The notes beneath the pieces were generated by a model. The model made no database searches. It was not told the origin of the DNA and worked only from the letters and a program-made list of their open reading frames with translations. The position numbers and the translations under genes are program-made. Below, piece after piece: positions 57,680 through 64,000 of a stretch of 64,000 bases of DNA. Every line of letters begins with the position of its first letter. Within the stretch, counting starts at the first letter, position 1. The stretch comes from Leptospirillia bacterium (lineage in GTDB: Bacteria; Nitrospirota; Leptospirillia; Leptospirillales; Leptospirillaceae), in assembly GCA_049965515.1 (NCBI GenBank), contig JBMFWG010000001.1, positions 32,042 through 96,041 on the forward strand, written 5' to 3'.

Positions 57680-58348
57680 ATGACAGAACCAACCTTGGCA
57701 AATGGATCGGACCGGGAGAAGACCCCGACGGCGGGGACTTCGGCGACCGGAAACTCTGCGCAGGCAAATGGGCAGGAGGGACGGGAAAAAAAACCAGGAG
57801 CCCCCCAAAAAAAGGGGGCTTCCTCGAAGGGGGGAGAGTTCGAAGAGCTCTATAGCCCCTCCCGACCCCGCGAGGAACAGGGGTTTAGCCCAGTCACAAT
57901 TGCCATCTATATTGTCGTCGGTCTCCTTCTTGTGGCCGGGATCGGCGGATCCATCATCGGACTGAAAACCGGGCCACTGGGGAAGCCCCACAAGCTTGTT
58001 TCCCAGCGAAGCATCAGTACAAGAACCACCTTTCGCGTGATTCAGGGAAATGGCTGGCGGCTCAATATGTCCATGCTGCTTTCTCCTTCGGTGGCTTACC
58101 TGAAATACACCCTTGAAGGCAATGGACCGATCAAGATGCAAATGCTTGGGGCCAAGTACAAGATCGGGAACGGGGATATCGTTCCCCTCAAACTCCCGCC
58201 AGCCTACCTCATGTTCGAGCCTCTTGCCCCCAAGGAGGAAACTTCACGAGCCTTCTGGCTTGGGGGATCTCCCGTTTACTCGATCACAATCCTCATGAGG
58301 ATTGATGATGGCCACGAAATCCGGAACGAATCCGTCACATTTGACTAG
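57680..58348 (+). CDS. single-pass membrane protein, unknown
   Basis: 222 aa with a low-complexity basic N-terminus, a TM helix (VTIAIYIVVGLLLVAGIGGSIIGL) and a beta-rich C-terminal domain. Codon bias looks coding. Confidence 0.5.
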   Translation: MTEPTLANGSDREKTPTAGTSATGNSAQANGQEGREKKPGAPQKKGASSKGGEFEELYSPSRPREEQGFSPVTIAIYIVVGLLLVAGIGGSIIGLKTGPLGKPHKLVSQRSISTRTTFRVIQGNGWRLNMSMLLSPSVAYLKYTLEGNGPIKMQMLGAKYKIGNGDIVPLKLPPAYLMFEPLAPKEETSRAFWLGGSPVYSITILMRIDDGHEIRNESVTFD

Positions 58349-58629
58349 TGTGGCGGGGATGTTTGACTCCGCAGGCGCTTGACTCCTATAGACTCATCAA
58401 TCCCCCTCACCGAAAGACGCTTGATACGGCTGGTGTGGCCCGAAACCAGCGAGATTGATGAGGGGGAGACTCCAAGATATTCGGCCAAAACCCTGAGCAC
58501 GCCTTCATTGGCTTGCCCCTCCCGGGGGGGCTCCTTAATTCCCACTACCCACTTGGGAGCGGTCCCGTCCGATGTTCCTCGTCGGAGGAACACACGAGAT
58601 TGCCCAGGCTTGACCTCAATGACGAGCAT
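58345..58629 (-). CDS. DUF167 (YggU) family protein
   Basis: The internal ATG at 58629 gives 94 aa. VKPGQSR..PREGQANEGVLRVLAEYLGVSPSSISLVSGHTSRIKRL. Confidence 0.75.
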   Translation of the reverse strand: MLVIEVKPGQSRVFLRRGTSDGTAPKWVVGIKEPPREGQANEGVLRVLAEYLGVSPSSISLVSGHTSRIKRLSVRGIDESIGVKRLRSQTSPPH

Positions 58630-58669
58630 CCACCCGGAGCTCTCTTTTCCCGTCCCTGACTTCTTGTCC

Positions 58670-59203
58670 TTAGGGGAGGCGTTCTTCGATTCCCGGACCC
58701 TTGCCAAGGTCTGAAACCCCCTTTTCCCATCGGTCCATGGCCGCGTAAAGCGCATCCATCTCTCCTCTGAGCCGAGACAGAGTCAGAGAAAGCTCCTGCC
58801 TGAGGCGTCCCCTCCCCTCCTCAAAGGTTCCTGCACGTTCCCGGGCCGCCCGGAGAATCACCTCAACCTCCTCCTCGGCCTTCCGGATCAGTTCTTCCGC
58901 CTCACTACGGGCTTCCCGAATGATCTGGTCCGCCTCCCGGCGAGCCACAGACTTCCATTCTTCGGCGGCACTCTGGGCCGCCACGAGCGTTGCCCCCAAA
59001 CTTTCCTCCCGCTTCCGAAGTGACTCTTTCTCCTCCTCAAGGTCCTCGACACGAGTGGTCAACGCGGAAACCTTGTCGAGAATCTCGGAGATCTCATCAA
59101 AAAGAGTGTGGAGGAAGTCGTCAACCTCCTGGGGAGAATACCCTCGAAGGCTCTTGGAAAATTCGTGAGTCCGTAACTCGGTCAGGCGGGTATGGTCAAT
59201 CAT
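58670..59203 (-). CDS. divIVA: DivIVA domain protein
   Basis: The ATG at 59203 follows GAGAGGAG. FSKSLRGYSPQEVDDFL followed by a coiled coil. Confidence 0.85.
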   Translation of the reverse strand: MIDHTRLTELRTHEFSKSLRGYSPQEVDDFLHTLFDEISEILDKVSALTTRVEDLEEEKESLRKREESLGATLVAAQSAAEEWKSVARREADQIIREARSEAEELIRKAEEEVEVILRAARERAGTFEEGRGRLRQELSLTLSRLRGEMDALYAAMDRWEKGVSDLGKGPGIEERLP

Positions 59204-59252
59204 GTGGACTCCTCTCTCGTCAGGACATCGGGCAAGGGCCGTCCACAAAGTT

Positions 59253-59489
59253 TCAATAGACGAACCGCTCGATCGCCTGGATGATGAAAATAAGGATCAG
59301 GGGAGAAAGATCAAGCCCTCCCATTTTTTCCGGGGGAACAAGGCGGCGGATTGGGTGGAGAAAGGGTTCGGTCACGTAGTCCATGAACCGGATGATAGGA
59401 TTATTCGGATCCGGCCGGACCCAGGAAAGAAGGGCCCGAATAATGACAATCCAGGTAAACGCATTAAGAATATCAGTAAAGAGAGAAAT
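59253..59489 (-). CDS. yggT: YggT family membrane protein (apparent AUU start)
   Basis: My own translation is (I/M)SLFTDILNAFTWIVIIRALLSWVRPDPNNPIIRFMDYVTEPFLHPIRRLVPPEKMGGLDLSPLILIFIIQAIERFVY. This matches the YggT pattern (R..LSW, TEP...P.RR..P, DLSP). AAGGAGG lies 5 nt upstream of ATT, and there is no canonical start before codon 36. Confidence 0.65.
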   Translation of the reverse strand: MSLFTDILNAFTWIVIIRALLSWVRPDPNNPIIRFMDYVTEPFLHPIRRLVPPEKMGGLDLSPLILIFIIQAIERFVY

Positions 59490-59504
59490 GGAAGCCTCCT
59501 TGAT

Positions 59505-60386
59505 TTATGAACGGGATAGTGTCCGTGAGCGCTCGGCCATCGCATGAACAGCCTCGATCAGGGCCCCCCGGACCCCCCTCTTCTCAAGAAGTGCCAATCC
59601 TTCGATGGTTGTCCCCGAGGGGGAAGCGACTCGGGATTTGAGGGACTCCGGGAGGATCCCCCGGTCAGCCATCAAGGCGCCGGCACCATAGATCGCCCAG
59701 GATGAGAGAAGCGTTGCTGTTTCGCGTGAAAGACCTTCCCTGACACCTCCATCCGCCAGGGCTTCCGCCACCAGAGCCAAAAGACCCGGCCCTGAGCCGG
59801 CAAGAGCCGTGGCGGCATCGAAGGACTCCTCCGGTAACCACAGCGCCCGCCCGATACCGGCAAAGAGGGCATAAATGGAGCTTTGCTCTCCATGAATGAC
59901 ATCGGATCCAGCCGCCAGAAGAGTCATCCCCTTCCCTGCCGAAAGAGCCAGATTGGTCATTGCCCGCACCCAGCGAAGAGAGGGGTTTCCGGATTTGAGG
60001 CGATCCAGGCTCACCCCCGCCATGACCGACAGCGCGAGCGTCCCGGGAGGAAGCTGGGAGAGGACTGCGACAATCTCGCCTCCGGGACGAAGAAAGACAC
60101 CCGGTTTGACTGCCAGAACGACCAGAGAGGGAGAAGGGTCCTTCCGGAGGGCTTCCGCAAGAGAAGGTGAAACAATGATTCCTTCCGATTTCAGGGCCTT
60201 CTGCGCCTCGGCACCGGGGTCGACAACGCGGACAGGCCCCCATGATCCCGCTTTTTCTCCCACCATGTGACGGGCAAGGACCCCGCCCATCTGACCTCCC
60301 CCCACGATGAGGACTGGCCCGGAAATCGCTCCCTCTCCTCCATTGGTTTTCTGTTTTTTGCCCACCGGCTTCTCCGCCTTACTCAC
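59505..60386 (-). CDS. proC: pyrroline-5-carboxylate reductase
   Basis: 293 aa with IVGGGQMGG (Rossmann) and a C-terminal SPSGTTIEGLALLE. Confidence 0.92.
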   Translation of the reverse strand: MSKAEKPVGKKQKTNGGEGAISGPVLIVGGGQMGGVLARHMVGEKAGSWGPVRVVDPGAEAQKALKSEGIIVSPSLAEALRKDPSPSLVVLAVKPGVFLRPGGEIVAVLSQLPPGTLALSVMAGVSLDRLKSGNPSLRWVRAMTNLALSAGKGMTLLAAGSDVIHGEQSSIYALFAGIGRALWLPEESFDAATALAGSGPGLLALVAEALADGGVREGLSRETATLLSSWAIYGAGALMADRGILPESLKSRVASPSGTTIEGLALLEKRGVRGALIEAVHAMAERSRTLSRS

Positions 60387-61099
60387 CGTAACATCCCCTC
60401 GAAAAGACGTCGTCCGATCCTGACCTCAGTCGATCCCCAGCGGATCGCTTCCCGATAGTCCTCCGACATTCCCATAGAGAGCGTTCCCATCGACGGGATC
60501 AATCGTCGGGACTCCTTAAACAGGGCGTTCCCCTCAGCAAAAACCTCCGAAGTCGAGGGGGCCTTGCCATCCCCGGGGATAGGCCCCATGACCATGAGCC
60601 CCTCGAGATGAAGACCCGGCAGAGACGCCAGGGTTTCAAGCGTTGTGAAAAGATTTTCGGGGAGAACCCCTGCCCGCCCGGGATTGCGGCAAACATTGAC
60701 CTCCACCAGGACCTTCTGCAGGGTGCCAGTCTCCATTGCCAGCCGGGAGAGGGTGGCCCCATGAGAGAGGCTGTCGAGTGTATCGATACAGAAAAGCGGA
60801 CGGTAAAACCGCTTGAGTGCCCTTCCCTGAATCGGACCGATAAAGTGCCAGAAGATGGAGGGCCAGAGAGTCTCTGGAAAGGCCAAAAGACGCTCATGCC
60901 AGCTCTCCCATCGATTCTCCGCGAGATGGTCAACCCCTGCAAAGACAAGGGCCCGAACCTCTTCTGGAGATCGGGTCTTTGTCACTCCGACAAGACGTGG
61001 GAGGTCGGATCGGCCAGAGGCCCGGGACACCTCCCGGATATCCTCTCGTATGGCCATAACATTCTCGGCGATTGTCGGCACAGCTACGACCGGGGACAA
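60383..61099 (-). CDS. yggS: YggS family pyridoxal-phosphate homeostasis protein
   Basis: 238 aa with LVGVTKTRS (PLP Lys), HFIGPIQ and LSMGMSEDY. Confidence 0.9.
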   Translation of the reverse strand: MSPVVAVPTIAENVMAIREDIREVSRASGRSDLPRLVGVTKTRSPEEVRALVFAGVDHLAENRWESWHERLLAFPETLWPSIFWHFIGPIQGRALKRFYRPLFCIDTLDSLSHGATLSRLAMETGTLQKVLVEVNVCRNPGRAGVLPENLFTTLETLASLPGLHLEGLMVMGPIPGDGKAPSTSEVFAEGNALFKESRRLIPSMGTLSMGMSEDYREAIRWGSTEVRIGRRLFEGMLR

Positions 61100-61740
61100 A
61101 TATAGTTGAGCATTGATCGCCCCTTCCGATCAGCCCCCATCCCACGGTGGGAAAAGAAAAGATCCGGATGGCAGCGGGTACAAAGCGCCAAACTTCCAAT
61201 ATTCTCCACCGGAACGCCAGCCTCTCTCAACTGAAAGGCGACAAGCCCCCGAAGATCGAGTCGTAACTGTGATTCGGGACAATAGCCCGGAGTTCCCTCC
61301 CAAACAGCTGACCAGACCTCGGGGCCCACATCATAGCAGCATGGACCGATGCAGGGCCCCATCACCACGAGAACCTCACCAGGAAGAACCCCGGCCTCCC
61401 CGCACAATATCCGGAGTCCCTCCCGGACTATCCCGGCGGCAGCCCCTCGCCAGCCGGCATGCAAGGCAGCGACATGATGCCCCGAAGGAGAGGCCAGGAG
61501 AACCGGAAGACAATCCGCTGTCCACACGCCGATTTTGCGGCCTCCCGGGCCGGAACAGAGCCCATCCCCCCACGGACGGGACTGACCCGGCCGACACTCC
61601 ATCTCTGACACAACCACGGACTTGTGGACCTGGGACAGGGTCACAGTCTCTGGACGTCCCTGTGGATCATTTTCCCGAAGCCGCGTCCCGAATCCATGCT
61701 CAACACCCAACGACTGGAGGAGACAATGACGAAGATCCAT
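61084..61740 (-). CDS. pgeF: peptidoglycan editing factor PgeF (YfiH/laccase-domain protein)
   Basis: 218 aa with HGFGTR, TADCLPVLL, ALHAGWRG and CTRCHPDLFFSHR. Confidence 0.9.
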   Translation of the reverse strand: MDLRHCLLQSLGVEHGFGTRLRENDPQGRPETVTLSQVHKSVVVSEMECRPGQSRPWGDGLCSGPGGRKIGVWTADCLPVLLASPSGHHVAALHAGWRGAAAGIVREGLRILCGEAGVLPGEVLVVMGPCIGPCCYDVGPEVWSAVWEGTPGYCPESQLRLDLRGLVAFQLREAGVPVENIGSLALCTRCHPDLFFSHRGMGADRKGRSMLNYICPRS

Positions 61741-62921
61741 CAGGAATCGCCCCTCTTTCTCCAGATGGCAGGACGTTCGGAGTGACTCTCATCGGAGGGA
61801 GAGGCGGGGGCAGGGAGGTCTTTTAGCGGAAGGCGACCGAGAGTGGGAGCCTGGCGCCGGAGGTAGGTTGGCATCTCCTCCTGTCCCTCCGAAGGAGGAA
61901 AGACCTCTTCGATTCCTTCTTTTTCTTCTGGCTCAACCGGACGATCAAATCCTGTAGCGATCACCGTGATAAAAATCTCATCCATGGGATGATCCTCAAC
62001 CACTGTCCCAAAGATAAGATTGGCCGATCCCCTCTCCGCCTCCTCCTCGATCAGGCGGGAGGCCTCGGTGATCTCGTTGAGGGTCATATTGGATCCCCCC
62101 CGGAAATTCACGAGGATCCCCTTGGCCCCTCGAATCGAACTGTCCTCAAGAAGCGGGCTGTTGATGGCCGCACGAGCCGCCATCAGGGCACGATCAGGAC
62201 CCGATGCCGTCCCGATTCCCATCACGGCGCGCCCCATGTTCGCCATCGTTGTCCGGACGTCGGCAAAGTCAAGGTTGATCAGACCCGGCCGGGTGATGAT
62301 GTCGGAGATTCCCTGAACACCTTGCCGAAGTACATCGTCAGCCTTCTTGAAAGCATCGATCAGGGGGGTTCCCCGATCGACAACCGATTCGAGACGGTCA
62401 TTGGGGATGACAATGAGTGTGTCGGTATAGCGCCGAAGCTCTCGGAGACCCTCCTCGGCGTTTCGGCCCCGTTTTGGCCCTTCAAAGCCGAAGGGAGTCG
62501 TCACGACCGCTACCGTCAGGATTCCGGCCTCCCGAGCCACCTGGGCAATGACGGGGGCCGCACCCGTTCCCGTTCCGCCCCCCATCCCGGCGGTGACGAA
62601 GACCATGTCGGCTCCGACAACAACGCTCCGGATCTTCTCCATGTCTTCGATGGCCGAACGCCGTCCGACTTCGGGATTGGCCCCGGCGCCAAGGCCCCGG
62701 CTGACAGCGCTGCCGATCTGAATTCGTTGGGCGTCGATCCGGTTGAGGGCCTGAACGTCGGTATTGACTGCCACAAACTCAACCCCTTTGAGGTCGGACT
62801 GGATCATCGAGCGAATAGCATTGCACCCGCCGCCCCCCACCCCAATAACAAGGATGCGGGCCCCCAGAATTCCCGACTGCTTATAATCGATGATGGGCTC
62901 TTCGCTCCACTCAGACTCCAT
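61740..62921 (-). CDS. ftsZ: cell division protein FtsZ
   Basis: [24 protein letters not shown] and NVDFADV. I prefer the ATG at 62921 (GGAGAGG 4 nt upstream) over the TTG at 62990, which would overlap ftsA. Confidence 0.97.
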   Translation of the reverse strand: MESEWSEEPIIDYKQSGILGARILVIGVGGGGCNAIRSMIQSDLKGVEFVAVNTDVQALNRIDAQRIQIGSAVSRGLGAGANPEVGRRSAIEDMEKIRSVVVGADMVFVTAGMGGGTGTGAAPVIAQVAREAGILTVAVVTTPFGFEGPKRGRNAEEGLRELRRYTDTLIVIPNDRLESVVDRGTPLIDAFKKADDVLRQGVQGISDIITRPGLINLDFADVRTTMANMGRAVMGIGTASGPDRALMAARAAINSPLLEDSSIRGAKGILVNFRGGSNMTLNEITEASRLIEEEAERGSANLIFGTVVEDHPMDEIFITVIATGFDRPVEPEEKEGIEEVFPPSEGQEEMPTYLRRQAPTLGRLPLKDLPAPASPSDESHSERPAIWRKRGDS

Positions 62922-62968
62922 GATGCCTCTCCCCACAGTCCGGCTGAACTCTCCCGGAGCAACGTCTT

Positions 62969-64000
62969 CTAAATGATTTCCCTGAGCCAATTCCAGAGAC
63001 GAACCCCGGCGGGAGGTCCTTCCCGCACCTTTTTCACCGTTGCGGGAGGAGCCACATCACCAACCGGCAACTCCCGCACGGGAACATCTGAGGGACTCCA
63101 CTGGTCTCTGGCAAAATAAAGAAGCCCGACCGCCGAGGCGAACTCAGGCCCGGACGTCTGATCTACAAGGCCTTGCACCCGCTCTCCCGGATAGCCCACC
63201 GAGACAGGCATTTCAAAGATCTTTTCCGCAAAAGAGACAATATTCGGCATTTTGGCCACCCCTCCCGTCAGGACCACCCCGCGGGCCAGGAAAGCCCCCT
63301 GACGAAGACGGTCGAGATCGGACTTGACCTTCCTCAGGATCTCCTCAAGACGGGCCTCGACAACCTCCCGAACCTGGACCCGCCGCCCGGCTGCCGACAT
63401 GGCATCATCGGACAAGGCAGGAGCGTCTTCCTCCTCCGAGGCGGGAAGCTCATGATGGCCGGGGGTACTAAAGACCTCCCGCTTGATCCTCTCCGCATCG
63501 GCCTGGGAAATCCGGAGAACAGCGGCAAGGTCCTTTGTCATTGCCGCCCCTCCAAGAGGAACCACACGAACTCCCGAGAGCGCCCCATTCTGATAGAGGA
63601 CCATCCCTGTCGTTCCCCCGCCGATATCCACAACACAGACCCCCAGCTCCTTGTCGTCCTCCGTCAAAACCGCCCGGGCGCTGGCCAGAGGCTGAAGAAT
63701 AAGATCCCCCTCCCTGACGCTGAGGCCGGCACGCTCGACGCTTCTCTTCAGGTTGGCCAGAACCATATCCGACCCGCGGATGACATGAACCTGGGCCTCA
63801 AGCCTTGCGCCCACCATCCCCACCGGATTGAGAATTCCTCCCTGCTCATCAATGCGATAGCCCTTGGGGATTGTGTGAAGCAGCTCAGAGGGAGCGCACC
63901 CCATCATCGTCCGGGCCTCCTGAAGGATGCGATCAATATCGGATTCCTGAACTTCGCGATCCTTGAGGGCGATCATGACCCGCTGATCCTGCCCCTCGAT
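62969..64000 (-). CDS. ftsA: cell division protein FtsA (N-terminus outside the window)
   Basis: Actin-like ATPase motifs [14 protein letters not shown] and [11 protein letters not shown]. The frame stays open to position 64000. Confidence 0.93.
   Translation of the reverse strand: MEGQDQRVMIALKDREVQESDIDRILQEARTMMGCAPSELLHTIPKGYRIDEQGGILNPVGMVGARLEAQVHVIRGSDMVLANLKRSVERAGLSVREGDLILQPLASARAVLTEDDKELGVCVVDIGGGTTGMVLYQNGALSGVRVVPLGGAAMTKDLAAVLRISQADAERIKREVFSTPGHHELPASEEEDAPALSDDAMSAAGRRVQVREVVEARLEEILRKVKSDLDRLRQGAFLARGVVLTGGVAKMPNIVSFAEKIFEMPVSVGYPGERVQGLVDQTSGPEFASAVGLLYFARDQWSPSDVPVRELPVGDVAPPATVKKVREGPPAGVRLWNWLREII

Noticed and set aside
58345-58348. Convergent genes sharing the palindromic CTAG as stop codons on both strands.
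   Set aside because: This is a trivial consequence of tail-to-tail packing and adds no further structure.
1-64000. Window-wide look for CRISPR arrays, IS elements or transposases, integrases, phage modules, toxin-antitoxin pairs, restriction-modification systems or other defence systems, and rRNA.
   Set aside because: None recognised. All three tRNAs sit in conserved housekeeping contexts, without flanking integrase genes or direct repeats.

Overview
This 64-kb window comes from a moderately GC-rich (about 55 %) bacterial chromosome. It is about 90 % coding and almost entirely core housekeeping genes, mostly on the minus strand in long operons. Many gene junctions overlap by a few bases (ATGA, GTGA, TAATG). 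Recognisable blocks, left to right: (1) M16 peptidase-pdxJ-acpS-nnr-UDG4-small membrane protein-mutS, followed by two unknown genes. (2) tRNA-Thr-DUF4337-lipoprotein-rimP-nusA-infB-DUF503-rbfA-truB-rpsO-pnp, followed by a 40-aa mini-ORF and a clean intrinsic terminator. (3) A plus-strand block: DsbC-like oxidoreductase, small ORF, prepilin peptidase, dehydrogenase, usp-phoH-ybeY-ftsY. (4) uvrC coupled to a 1027-aa membrane protein built from degenerate AAA+ modules. (5) tRNA-Leu, an EamA transporter, a radical-SAM protein, rimO, three mini-genes, and rlpA. (6) rpsF-ssb-rpsR-DUF2232, and ychF-pth-rplY-prs-tRNA-Gln-ispE-DUF512-pgsA. (7) tig-clpP-clpX. (8) hemY, a metallophosphoesterase, hpnH, and glk-pgl. 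(9) The end of the division cluster: ftsA(partial)-ftsZ-pgeF-yggS-proC-yggT-divIVA-yggU. I found no rRNA, CRISPR array, transposase, integrase or phage genes, so this is an ordinary core region rather than an accessory island. The most unusual element is the uvrC-coupled membrane pseudo-AAA+ protein (28873-31956). Lesser curiosities are two uncharacterised genes coupled to mutS, a trigger factor with a (His-Asp)n tail, two genes that seem to need AUU/AUC starts, unannotated mini-proteins, and a few strong intergenic hairpins. The lineage is not determinable without a search; a Nitrospirota/Leptospirillum-like origin is only a guess from composition and gene content. All functional calls rest on motifs I recognise by eye, and no database search was run.
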